From Squalus acanthias (taxonomy: Eukaryota): a stretch of DNA of 64,000 bases. The position numbers and the translations under genes were made by a program. The notes beneath the pieces were generated by a model. It was not told where the DNA came from. It made no database searches and saw only the letters and a program-made list of their open reading frames with translations. Positions 40,416 to 52,814 of the stretch are shown here, in pieces (positions within the stretch are counted from its first letter, which is position 1; the number at the start of each line of letters is the position of its first letter). The DNA is taken from assembly GCA_030390025.1 (NCBI GenBank), contig CM059432.1:40364001-40428000 (forward strand). The letters run 5' to 3'.

Positions 40416-41149
40416 GCAAGATCCGTGAAAAGCCTTTATAAATGTCATGCAAATCAGAATGAACCTGAACGCGTGCAGCAGAAACTACCAGATGTATATG
40501 ATTTGAAGCCCATTGCAGCCATTTACTAAACAACTTTAATCTAAACGAAATAAACCACTGCCGTAAGGGGGCAAGTGTCTACTGAATGTGAAAACTTATT
40601 CGGTCAAGTCAAGATTAGGACTACTTAGAACTATCAAGTGGAAGTGCCCAATCCTTGAACCTTCCTACTTTTAGACCTGGTGCTGACAGAAGACAAAGTA
40701 CCGATGCCTGGCCTGTGAGCAGGGATTTCATGCAATATACATGAGATAAAAGTGTATCACTTCAGCGAGTGCAAAACTAGTGAGGAGATCCAGATAATGT
40801 GTCTATTCTAAAATAAATAGACACCTGCATGTGAGATTTATTTTGTTAAACTCAAAGCTCTCAAGTGTAGAAACAGCAACCAGAGAATGGGCAAATCACT
40901 GTGTGGAACAGTGAGACAGTGATGAGGAGCGAGAAATAGTCAGGCAGGGGCAATGAGCTTCTTCTATTTCTTCCTTCATGAAAGCATCATGCAGCATAAA
41001 AGTACAGTGCCATAAAACCGCAGAGTGGTAAATTCCACTGCTGAGATTATACCTTCGGAAGTCTCAATACCATCAAGAAACACAATTCAAAGGAGCCATA
41101 AGGGGTAGCAGCATTGATCAACCAAATTTGTAAACCTCTAACAAAAAAA

Positions 41150-42480
41150 AATCACCCTCAACTTTTCTGTCCTTGCAAACTACCACCCCATCTCCAATGT
41201 CCCTTTCCACTCCAAACTCCTTGATCATGTTGTGACCTCTCAAATCTGTGCCTATCTTTCCCCATGTTTGAATCTCTCTAATCAGGTTTCCAGCCCTGCC
41301 CCAGAACTGCAACATCCCTAATCAAAGTCATAAATAACATTCTCCTCTGACTGACTATGAAGCATTTTCCCTATTTGCTTTCCTCAATCTCTCTGCAGCC
41401 TTTGACAAGATCAACCATGCCATCCTCCTCCAACACCTCTCCTCCACTGTCCAGCTCAGTGCAACTGCCCTTGTTTGGTTTCACTCTTGCCTATACAATC
41501 ATAGTCAGAGCATCTCGAGCAACAGTTTCTCTTCCTCTTCCTGCACCATTACCTCTGGTGTCCCCTAAGGATCTATCCTTGTCCACCTTCGCTTCCTCAT
41601 CGACATGCTGCTCCTTGGCGACATCGTCCAAAGACATTGGGTCAACTTTCACTGGTAGGCTAACGACACTCAGCTTTAACTCTTCACCACCTCTCTCAAT
41701 CCCTCCACTGCCTCCGTGTTGTCAGACTGCTGTCTAACATCCAGTCTTGGATAAGCTGCAATTTCGTCCGGCTGAACATAGGAGAAGGCTGAAGCCATTG
41801 TTTTCGGCCCCTGCCAGAAACTCTGTACCCTTGCCACCGATTCCATCCCCCTCGCCAGCCACTGTCTCAGGTTCAGCCAGACAGCTTGCAACCTCATCAT
41901 CCTATTCAACCCCGAGCTGAGCTTCTGACCCCATATCGTCTCAATTATAAAGACTACCTACTTCCAGCTCCATAATATTAACACCCCTCTGCCCCTGTCT
42001 CAGCCATCTGCTGCTGAAAATCTGATCCATGCCTGTCACCTCCAGACTCGACCACTTTAATGTTTTCTTGGCTGGTCGCCCTCGCTCTGTCATCTTCAGC
42101 TCATCCAAAATTCTGCTGCCAGTATCCTATCCTCTACTTGGTCCTGTTTACCAGCCACCTTGTTAATCTACATTGGCTCCTGTTCCCCAATAAAAGGCCT
42201 TGCCCCTCCCCATCTCTGCAATCTCAAGCCCTAAACCAGCACCCCCCCCGCCCCACCCCCACTCGGCCCCACACTCTGGAATTCCAAACCCTTTCACCTT
42301 TCCATTTTCCTCTCCTCCTTTAAGACCCTCCTTAAAAGCCACCTCTTTGGCCAAGCTTTTGATCACACCTCCTAATATCTCCTTCTTTTGCTTGGTGTCC
42401 ATTTTTGTCTAATTATGCATTTGTGATGGGTCTTGGGATGTTTTTCTATGTTAAAGGTGCGATATAAGTGCAAGTTGTCA
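41150..42480 (+). mobile_element. Degraded L2-clade LINE
   Basis: Reverse-complement similarity to 29055-30180; L2 tail gttaaaggtgcgatataagtgcaagttg. Confidence 0.75.
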
Positions 42481-44000
42481 TCGCTATAATGCTACATTTA
42501 GAACACAGAATCACTTCTCGTAACAAAGCCCAGGAGTTTGAGCACTGCAGAATCTGCTCCGTTTATAGTTCAAGGTAGATTCCAAGGCTTCCAGAACAGA
42601 AAAACTGCACGTTTTGCTCCTTTATTTCCTGGTTACCATACCACTCCCAAACCCTCGAGAGGCCCATACAGCCTATCGAGGGAAAATCTGCGCTGCTGGT
42701 CTTAGGGACAGATTAAGCTGCTTTGCGTAATGCCAGCCCACTTCCTTTTACACTAATCTTCATGTTGCCATTGAGGCACCACTCAAGGCACCAGCAAAAC
42801 CCATCTTTTTTAGGTATGCCTTGGAGCCTCTGGTGTCATCAGCACTGCCTCCAAATCCAGACAATTATAGGCGGCAGAACTGTACTGTAAATGAAGCACA
42901 AGCAGGAGCTTATAGAGCCTAACTGTGTTACTCGTTGTATCTAGAATCTCTCAGCCCTTCTCCCCTTCTTCTCCAGACTGCACAGAGTCTGCAGGTGCAG
43001 CAGCCCTGCAATACCTTGTCCCAAAGGCCATTCTGCAAGTGTGCGATCCTGGACAGTGTCAGAAGTATCAATCATGGATGGTATAAGTTTCCAAGCTGGT
43101 CCTGCCCTCAACCTGACATCTATATACACTCACAATCCAGCAGAAAGCATGAGTCAGAATTCAGGCGCCGGAATCATGGCTGAGTTTTCTTTTTCTCTGC
43201 AGCCTAGGGGCATGGAGACCAATTGCAGCACTCCTGCCAGAGACCCAGCTCAGACCAGTTAACTTAGCACAGACTAGAAACAAGCCGGTCACGTTCTGGT
43301 TTGTATGGCTTAATGCTACACCAGATGGCACCTTTCCTCACAAAGATATTGGGACCCTTGATGATGCCTAGAGTGGGAGTCTCTTATATCTTTGTGAGTG
43401 CGCCTTCTGAGCTGAATTTTATTAAACTGGAGATATGGAACTGGCTGACTCATAATACGGGTGTTGCATGTCTCGCTCATGAAGCAACAAACTACAAGCT
43501 TGCAGGCATCTGTCGTGCCCATTGAGTTCAGTTTTCCATTTCATTTTCAAACACAAAGGCAGATGAAAGGAGGGGAAATTCTGATATCCAAAGAATCAGC
43601 AGATGGAGAATAAAAGTACATTTTTAAATTTTATACAGAATGCTTACTGCTGCCCTCATAGATCCAATGTTTTCAGCCCAGTCTCTTTAGCAGCTTGTGT
43701 GATATTTTTCCAAGAAGCTACCAAAATATTTAGTTAAAGGATGGCAGCTTGTTTTGCAAGTTTTCTTTCTTGTAACACGTTACTGCTGAGTAGCTCAGAT
43801 GTTGTGCTTCCTGTTTCATTTATAAAAAAAAGGCAGAATGACAGTCGTGGTTTTAAAAACAGCGTGACTGCAGCAACAGCACTGGATGATCTCGACAGAA
43901 GACAGTGATGGTAATTACTGGAACACTTGCTTACTGTATGCAGTAGCTGCAAACTGCACGGCACGGCACAATCCTTCGGAGGCAGAATGCCTGAACATAC

Positions 44001-44130
44001 CTGGATAAGACTTCTGCAAATGTTTTTCGAGCAGTCCTTCATCCAACAGGAACTCAAACCAAATCGTCTGCGGAGGAGTGCAGGGTCGGCTAGAGGTCAC
44101 TGCCTCACGATCAGCCGCTTCTGCACTCAT
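44001..44130 (-). CDS. INTS8: Integrator complex subunit 8, coding exon 1 (MSAEAADREAVTSSRPCTPPQTIWFEFLLDEGLLEKHLQKSYP)
   Basis: Near-identical to the recalled N-terminus of vertebrate INTS8; ATG at 44130, donor ccag|gtatgt at 44001/44000; 130 nt, phase 1. Confidence 0.96.
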
Positions 44131-44572
44131 TCTGCTCCAGAGCTAGTCCTGAAAATATGAAGGAAATTAAACGGAGTCAAAATTTAAGACTCTTCTCCCC
44201 ACCCCCATAAAAATAGTTCCCCTCTTATGGTCCTCCATCATGGAACTATACATCAGTCAGGAGGAAAGACCATCGAGACTCCAAGCCATGCCCATTGCCA
44301 ATGCTGCTTCACAAACACCCAAACATGCTCATTTCCTTCAGGGCTAGGGTTTCCAAACCTCCCGATTTTGACGGGAGTCTCCCGATACTGATGGATCGTA
44401 TCCCGAGCATTGCCACTGGCAACTCGGGAAAAAAGTTACTTTGGAGGTGACCTACCTTTTGCTGCACATTATTTTATTTAGATGGAGAACTGGGCTGACA
44501 TTTTTAAATAGTGCAGCAGCCAATCAGCTGTTCACCGCAGCCGCGCTGCGCCAGCTGGCCGCACATGTCAGC

Positions 44573-45038
44573 ATCAGCCGTGGCTCAGTGGGAGGCACTC
44601 TCGCCTCCGAGTCAGAAGGTTGTGGGTTCAAGTCCCACTCCAGAGACTTGGGCACGAAAATCTAGGCTGACACTCCAGTGCAGTACTCAGGGAGTGCTGC
44701 ACTGTCGGAGGTGCCGTCTTTCAGATGAGACGTTAAACAGAGTCTGCTCTCTCAGGTGGGTGTAAAAAATCCCATGGCACTATTTCGAAGAAGAGCAGGG
44801 GAGCTATTCCCGGTGTCCTGGCCAATATTTATCCTCAATCAACATCACTTAAAAAAAAAAATTATCTGGTCATTATCACATTGTTGTTTGTGGGAGCTTG
44901 CTGTGCACAAATTGGCTGCCGCGTTTCCTACATTACAACAGTGACTACACTTCAAAAGTACTTCATTGGCTGTAAAGCGCTTTGGGACGTCCTGAGGTCG
45001 TGAAAGGCGCTATATAAATGCAAATCTCTTTCTTTCTT
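44573..45038 (+). mobile_element. Full-length tRNA-derived SINE with Deu-type core and L2-like tail
   Basis: A box TGGCTCAGTGG, B box GGTTCAAGTCC, tail ...ctttgggacgtcctgaggtcgtgaaaggcgctatataaatgca; several copies in window. Confidence 0.8.
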
Positions 45039-45384
45039 TACTTCAGGAAGCTTGTATTTTGGGTTGAGTCAGAGTTGCTGCCTGGGTGTGCTGAGCGCAC
45101 ATGTCTGGAGCAGGGTTCCAGCACGTGGCAGGACGGAGAGGGAGTCGGGGCTGGTGTGGAGGCAGAAGAATCCATATTGAGAGAGAATTTTTTGCAAGGA
45201 TCTGAGCCAGGAGTGCCTTCAATTCTTGAAGGTAAAGAAAAACATCTCCCTGCAGCGACAGTACAGCGTAGAACAGTTACTCTCTGCTTTTATATCTGGT
45301 TGCATTAATGTTTTGTGTGTTGGCAACCCTCAAAGTTAAGATGGACACTGCTGTGAGCAAAAACCCTGGGCAATTCAAAATATT

Positions 45385-46130
45385 GGCCCAGAAATTCGGC
45401 CGAATACGGGAGAGTACGCAATGTGTACTCACCCATATTCGGTCCCGAACTGCCGGTTTCCTGCATGCACTGCGCATGCGCGGGAAACCGGCACTTCCGA
45501 TATTGCGAAGGGGGCGGTTCCTAAGTGAACCGCGTGCGCACTACAGGCTGTGCGCACGCAGCACACTTAGGTTTTTTTTCAGGTTTGAACGCGAGGGTAA
45601 GTATGGAAGATTTTACACATGAAAAAAGGAGGCGTAAGACCCCCTTTTAACAAGGTAAGTAGTTAATTAAGTATTATTTAAAAAAAATTTCAACAGGTTT
45701 ATCTTTTTTAGAGACTTTAAAGAAAGGTAAGTTTATTTTTATAACTTTTGAAAAAATTTAAATTTTTGTTTAAAGTGGTTAATTTATTTAACTATAGTTA
45801 TTTTATTAATGTGATGGTTTTTTTTTAAATTTAATTGAGGTTTAGCTGTTCTTTTGGGGGCAAGTTGTATTCATAGTTTTGACAGCTCTTCCTGTCAAAA
45901 CTATGAATGAAAGATGGTGTGCTGCCATTGGCTCTAACTGGCCCACGTGATCCCAGAGGTCGCATCGAATTAACTGCGCCTCTGGGACACGCACACACTG
46001 CGCGCCGGCACCAGGGAGAGGCCCAGGAGCAGAAGTTTGTGTGGGCCCGAACCATAAAGGCAGGCGCGGTAGGTAAGATCGCGCACGATCCTTACCCCCG
46101 CGGCAACCATCGAAGTCTAATTTCTGGGCC
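45385..46130. mobile_element. PIF/Harbinger-like MITE
   Basis: Perfect 12-bp TIR GGCCCAGAAATT/AATTTCTGGGCC, 3-bp TSD ATT, AT-rich centre, internal hairpins. Confidence 0.75.
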
Positions 46131-47761
46131 ATTGTGTTTTTCCATTTTCTTTGAACAATTTTGTTTATTAGTTATAAATATATCAGAGGGGGGAAAATAG
46201 ACTGATTGGCTGATTCTGAACTCTCAGTCGGGTAACGATGAGTCTGCTCGCTTTTCAATTGGCTGGGTAAAGCAGCACATTGTCAGGAGGGACAGGTCAG
46301 GCGACCAATGGTGGGAGAGTAGGGGCGGGACAGTTGGCAGCGGGAGGTCATGTGACAAAACCTCCAGGTCCAACCACAGTTGGCAACCCTACACAGGGCA
46401 GGCCATTTAATTCACCCACCCTTCCCCATTGGCCACCACAAATTGCTCCATCTCGTGATCTGATTTGAATGACAGATGAAATTAGGTGCTATAGGTCTAC
46501 TTGCTGGAGATCAACACATTCGAACAATAACGTGCATTTATACAGCACTTATAACATAGGAAAATGTCCCTAAAAAGGTGCTTCACAAACAAAAATGAAC
46601 ATTAGTGCCAGAGCCCATGCTGCTACAAACTTCCTGCTCATTAGAACAGAACCGAATGTAAAATGGGAGTAAATTAGCGTAAACAACCCAGGCCCAAGGA
46701 AAGCACTGAATTCACATCGTATATTTCTTCTTTAACTATGAAAATTAAAGTTTAAAGTTTCAACTGATTTAACCATCATTCATGCACATTAGGCACAGCA
46801 TGTTTAGGGGGAGCCTACAATCGGCAAGCTTTGCAATTTTTATGCGACATATACTTACGAAATAAAAATGCATTCAAAGAGACAAAAAATACAGTGCAGG
46901 TCTCAGTGAGGATAAAAAAATTAAAATGCTTACAAAAATTTCAATTAAAAAAAACAGAAAAATTACTGTTTCCTGAAAACCGAGTTGCAATTTGAAGAGA
47001 GCCTCTGAGCAAATGCAATTGCAAGAAAATCACATACAAGATAAGGTGACCATATTTTCTCAATCGAATCCAGGGACACACAGGGTGGAAGCACAGCGAA
47101 GTAGCCCTACCAAACGAATGCCGCACTCTGGTCTAGATCTGAGGCATGACGAAGATTGACATCTCAGCGGACCAATGGATATGGCCCTAATCAGGGACGC
47201 ATTTCCTGAACCGGGGACACAGTACCTCATCCGGGGACTGTCCCTGGAAAATGAGGCCGTATGGTCAGCCTAGTATAAGGCTCAGTAACTTGGGAGGCCG
47301 GGTCATTACTACGGGAGGTGATGCTTTTGGGCAGAGGGATCGATAAGACAATCGTAAAATATTGAGGAGATTTGGGCACATTGTACTTACACGCTAACTC
47401 ACTTACGGCCAAAATTCCTCGATATTTTAGGCCGGGCACTGGATTTGCACCTCACTTCCGCATGTCTCTGGGGGCAAATAACCCAGAGATGCAGGAAATT
47501 CTCGGCTGCCATGTGTAAGCAAGATGCTTGTCCACAGGCAGGGAAGAGTCGGAGTTGCTCCAGCATGCTTATGCCCGCCATCTAGTGGACAACTCGATAG
47601 TGACATCAGCAGGGGCCTAACAGCACTGTCATTTGCCTGCGTGGCTGCTTAGGAATCCATGTGCTGTCTAAGGAAACCTAGAAGGCAGAAGTGGTGGAAA
47701 ATTATCTCACCTAAATGCTCATTAAAAAAATATACTGAGTGAACGATTTACTAATGGATCC

Positions 47762-48000
47762 ACCCTACCACAGACCGTCCCTTTTGTTCTTTCCTCCCCT
47801 CCCCCACTTTCCCTGCCTCTGTACCTGCTTAAAATCTGTTACATCTCAAACTTTTTCCAGTTCTGATGAAGGGTCACGGATCTGAAATGTTAACTCTGTT
47901 TTTCTCTCTCCACGGATGCTGCCTGACCTGCTAAGTATTTCCAGCATTTTCTGTTGTTATTTCAGATTTCCAGCTTCCGCAGTATTTTGTTATTTTATTA
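47762..48000 (+). mobile_element. Penelope-like pseudo-LTR / non-autonomous fragment
   Basis: Hammerhead motif followed by ctctctccacggatgctgcctgacctgct...ttccagca, similar to 54680-54770 of the PLE 3' region. Confidence 0.65.
47859..47895 (+). ncRNA. Minimal hammerhead ribozyme motif in a solo PLE pseudo-LTR fragment
   Basis: AGTT-CTGATGA-A-GGGTC-acg-GATCT-GAAA-TGTT-AACT; stems I and II pair (with G-U). Confidence 0.7.
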
Positions 48001-48101
48001 ATTATGGATGGTGTTGGGGAAAGATGACAAACTGATGGTATATATTTGATACAAACATTAGAAGATTATTGCATGTATGTAAATTTGCAAAAAAGTTATT
48101 G

Positions 48102-49966
48102 AACATAGACATAGAAAAATAGGAGGAGTAGGCCATTCGGCCCTTTGAGCCTGCTCCACCATTCAATATGATCATGGCTGATCCTCTATCTCAATACCAT
48201 ATTCCCACTCTCTCCCCCCACACCCCTCGATGCCTTTTATGTCTAGAAATCTATCTATCTCCTTCTTAAATATATTCAGTGACTTGGCCTCCACAGCCTT
48301 CTGTGGTAGAGAATTCCACAGGTTCACCACCCTCTGAGTGAAGAAATTTCTCATCTCAGTCCTAAATGTCCTACCCCGTCTACTGAGATCGTTCTAGACG
48401 CCCCAGCCAGGGGAAACATCCTCCCTGCATCCAGTCTGTCTAGCCCTGTCAGAATTTTATACGTTTCATGGAGATCCCCTCTCATTCTTCTAACTCTAGT
48501 GAATACAGGCCTAGTGGACCCAATCTCTCCTCATACGACAGTCCTGCCATCCCAGGAATCAATCTGGTGAACCTTCGCTGCACTCACTCTGTGGCAAGTA
48601 TATCCTTTCTTAGGTAAGGAGACCAAAACTGCATAAAGTACTCCAGGTGTGGTCTCACCAAGGCCCTGTACAACTGTAGTAAGACATCCTTGCTCCTGTA
48701 CTCAAATCCTCTTGCAATGAAGGCCAACATACCATTTGCCTTCCTAATTGCTTGCTGCACCTGCATGTTTGCTTTCAGTGACTGGTGTACAAGGACACCC
48801 AGGTCCCTCTGTACATCAACATTTCCCAATCTACACCATTTAAATAATACTCTGCCTTTCTGTTTTTCCTACCAAAGTGGATAACTTCACATTTATCCAT
48901 GTTATACTGCATCTGCCATGTGTTTGCCCACTCATTCAACTTGTCTAAATCGCCTTGAAGCCTCTTTGCATCCTCCTCACAACCCCACCTAGTTTTGTGT
49001 CGTCAGCAAACTTGGAAATATTACATTTGGTTCCTTCATCCAAATCATTGATATATATTGTGAATAGCTGGGGCCCAAGCACTGATCTCTGCGGTACCCC
49101 ACTAGTCACCGCCTGCCACCCCGAAAAAGACCCATTTATTCCTACTCTCTGTTTCCTGTCTGTTAACCAATTTTCAATCCATGCCAGTATATGACCCCCA
49201 ATCCCATGTGCTTTAATTTTGCACACTAACCTCTTATGTGGGACTTTATCAAAGGCCTTCTGAAAATCCAAATACACCACATCCACTGGTTCTCCCTTAT
49301 CTATTCGACCAGTTATATCCTCAAAAAACTCCAGTAGGTTTGTCAAACACGATTTCCCTTTCATAAATCCATGTTGACTTTGTCTAATCCCGTTGATATT
49401 TTCTAAGTGTCCTGTTATCACATCCTTTATAATAGACTCTAGCATTTTCCCTACTACTGATGTTAGGCTAACCGATCTGTAGTTCCCTGTTTTCTCTCTC
49501 CCTCCTTTTTTAAATAGTGGGGTTACATTTGCCACCCTCCAATCTGCAGGAACTGTTCCATAATCTATAGAATTTTGGAAGATGACAACCAATGCATCCA
49601 CTATTTCCATGGCTACCTCTTTTAGTACTCTGGGATGCAGATTATCAGGCCCTGGGGATTTATTGGCTCAGTCCCATTAATTTCTCCAGCACTATTTTTT
49701 TACTAATACTAATTTCCTTTAATTCCTCCTTCTCACTAGACCCTTGGTTCCCTAGCATTTCTGGGAAGTTATTTGTGTCCTCTTCCATGAAGACAGAACC
49801 AAGGTATTTGTTTAATTGCTCTGCCATTTCCTTGTTCTCCATTATAAATTCTCCTGTTTCTGACTGTAAGCGACCTACATTTGTCTTCACTAATCTTTTT
49901 CTTTTTACATTCTTGTAGAAGCTTTTGCAATCCGCTTTTATGTTCCTTGCAAGTTTACTCTCATAC
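48102..49966 (-). mobile_element. CR1 LINE, RT and 3' end
   Basis: ORF 48945..49610 with the RT motif set. Confidence 0.92.
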
Positions 49967-50213
49967 CCATAGTTATGAAGTTTGATAACTAATATTTTAT
50001 ATTTTTACACTTTATAAATTAATAGCAAGGTCTTGATTTCTAGATTTATTGGGTGAGATTTACATGCTGCATTAGCCTGCAAAAAAGGCTTTTGTTTGGT
50101 AATGTACTTCACAGAACGGAATTGTAACAAACAAAGAACACAGCAACACCCTGGTTAGAGATGTGTGAGAAGTCGCACAACACCAGGTTATAGTCCAACA
50201 GCTTTATTTGAAA

Positions 50214-50250
50214 TCACAAGCTTTCAGAGCGCTGCTCCTTCGTCAGGTGA
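50214..50250 (-). ncRNA. Minimal type I hammerhead ribozyme, mirror copy in the minus-strand arm
   Basis: Reverse complement reads TCAC-CTGACGA-A-GGAGC-agc-GCTCT-GAAA-GCTT-GTGA. Confidence 0.8.
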
Positions 50251-50582
50251 AATGAAGAGATGCATATAGGCACCGCATATATAGTCAGAGAACACTGCCA
50301 GATGATTACAGTTAATCTTTCTAACTGCCCTTTATCACACCTCGGCAGAGAGATAATCACAGCAATCAAAGGTGTGGATGGTGTCCAAACAGGTCAGTCA
50401 GGAAAACATTACATCAAAGACAATGAGGTGGGGTCACAAGGGGTCAATTGTGGCAGATGCTGGGGTCTGTATGGAAAACAAAAAACTGTTTTTGCTGGAA
50501 ATCACAGCAGATCCGGCCGCATCTGTGTAGAGAGAACAAGCCAACGACGACTCGAGTCTGGATGACTCTACGTCAGGTGGAG

Positions 50583-52814
50583 TTACATGTAGCGTGACAT
50601 GAACCCAAGATCCCGGTTGAGGCCGTCCTCATGGGTGCGGAACTTGGCTATCAGTTTCTGCTCGACGATTTTGCGTTGTCGTGTGTCTCGAAGGCCGCCT
50701 TGGAGAACGCTTACCCGAAGATCGGAGGCTGAATGTCCTTGACTGCTGAAGTGTTCCCCGACTGGGAGGGAACACTCCTGCCTGGCGATTGTTGCGCGGT
50801 GTCCGTTCATACGTTGTCACAGTGTCTGCATGGTCTCGCCGATGTACCATGCATCCTTTCCTGCAACGTATGAGGTAGACAACGTTGGCCGAGTCACATG
50901 AGTATGTACCATGTACCTGGTGGGTAGTGTCCTCACGTGTGATGATGGTATCTGTGTTGATGATCTGGCATGTCTTGCAGAGGTTGCCGTGGCAGGGTTG
51001 TGTGGTGTCGTGGTCGCTGTTCTCCTGAAAGCTGGGTAATTTGCTGCAAACGATGATCTGTTTGAGGTTAGGCGGCTGTTTGAAGGCGAGTAGTGGAGGC
51101 GTGGGGATGGCCTTAGCGAGGTGTTTGTCGTCATCGATGACATGTTGAAGGCTGCGAAGAACATGGCGTAGTTTCTCCGCTCCGGGGAAGTACTGGACGA
51201 CGTAGGGTACTCTGTTGGTTGTGTCCCGTGTTCGTCTTCTGAGGAGGTCTATGCGATTTTTCGCTGTGGCCTGTCGGAACTGTCGATCGACGAATCGAGC
51301 GTCATATCCCGTTCTTACGAGGGCGTCTTTCAGCGTCTGTAGGTGTCCATTGCGTTCCTCCTCGTCTGAGCAGATCCTGTGTTTTCGCAGGGCTTGTCCA
51401 TAGGGGATGGCTTCTTTAACGTGGTTAGGGTGGAAGCTGGAGAAGTGGAGCATCGTGAGGTTGTCCGTGGGCTTGCGGTAGAGTGAAGTGCTGAGGTGTC
51501 CGTCTTTGATGGAGATTCGTGTGTCCAAGAATGAAACCGATTCTGAGGAGTAGTCCATGGTGAGTTTGATGGTGGGATGGAACTTGTTGATGTTATCGTG
51601 TAGTCTTTTCAGTGATTCTTCGCCATGGGTCCATAGGAAGAAAATGTCGTCGATGTATCTGGTGTATAGCGTTGGTTGGAGGTCCTGTGCAGCGAAGAAG
51701 TCTTGCTCGAACTTGTGCATGAAGAGGTTGGCGTATTGGGTTGCGAATTTGGTCCCCATGGCTGTTCCGTGTGTTTGGGTAAAAAACTGGTTGTCGAAGG
51801 TGAAGAAATTGTGGTCAAGGATGAAGCAGATGAGTTGTAGGATGGCGTCTGGAGATTGGCTGTTGTTGGTGTTGAGTACTGAGGCTGTCGCAGCGATGCC
51901 GTCATCGTGGGGGATACTGGTGTAGAGTGCCGAGACGTCCATCGTGGCGAGGAGTGTTCCTGGTTCAACCGGTCCGTGGGTGCTGAGTTTCTGTAAGAAG
52001 TCTGTAGTGTCGCGACAGAAGCTGGGGGTTCCCTGTACGATGGGTTTCAGGATGCCCTCGACGTATCCAGAGAGGTTCTCACACAGGGTTCCGTTGCCTG
52101 ATACGATAGGACGTCCGGGTGTGTTGGCTTTGTGTATCTTTGGGAGGCAGAAGTCTCCCACGCGGGGAGTATGTGGGATGAGAGCGCGTAGGATGCTTTG
52201 AACGTCTGGATCGAAGGTCTTGATCAGTCTATTGAGTTGGCGGGTGTGTTCTTTGGTCGGATCTGCGGGTAACTGTCTGTGGTGTTCCTGGTTGTCCAGT
52301 TGTCGGTATGCTTCTTTGCAATAGTCCATTCTGTTCTGTATGACGATGGCTCCTCCTTTGTCCGCTGGTTTGATGACGATGTTGCGGTTGGTCTTGAGAG
52401 CGTGGATGGCGTTGCATTGTGCTCGGGTGACATTCTGGACTATCTTGTGAGTGCGGCTCATGAATCTGGCATTGATGCATCTCCTGACAGCTTGAGCATA
52501 CATGTCAAGCTTAGGGCAGCGACCCTCCGGAGGGGTCCAATTTGACTCTTTCTTCTTCGGTTGCTGCACTGCGGGTCCCTCTGTCTGCTGTTCCGGATCA
52601 TTGATTGTCTCATTGGGTTCGCTGCTGACATCTTGGGATTCGTGGAAGAATTCCCGGAGCCTCATTCTCCTGATGAATTCCTCTGTGTCTGCCGCGAGAC
52701 CGATGGGGTCCATTTTGGTGGTGGGGCAGAAATTGAGCCCTCGGCTGAGAACTTCGATTTCGTCTGGTTGAAGGGTGTGGTCGGACAAGTTGACGATGGA
52801 CTTCCCTGTGGTTG
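50583..52814 (-). pseudogene. PLE RT/GIY-YIG ORF, minus-strand arm; 5'-truncated, frameshifted in the endonuclease (~50850)
   Basis: ORF 50629..52923 (genuine part ends at ~52814) plus 50583..50810; 8-nt deletion relative to the other arm. Confidence 0.9.

Larger units (their letters stand above)
44345..46391. mobile_element. hAT-like non-autonomous element containing a nested SINE and a nested MITE
   Basis: Termini TAGGGTTTCCAAAC / GTTGGCAACCCTA; degenerate 8-bp TSD ttcagggc/cacagggc. Confidence 0.65.

Noticed and set aside
44573..44650. tRNA-like A and B boxes (also at 11490, 22001, 38045)
   Set aside because: They continue into SINE bodies and lack a full cloverleaf; SINE heads, not tRNA genes
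45385..46130. CpG-rich stretch as the INTS8 CpG-island promoter
   Set aside because: It is bounded by TIRs and a TSD and has a homologue at 63671, so it is better explained as a MITE
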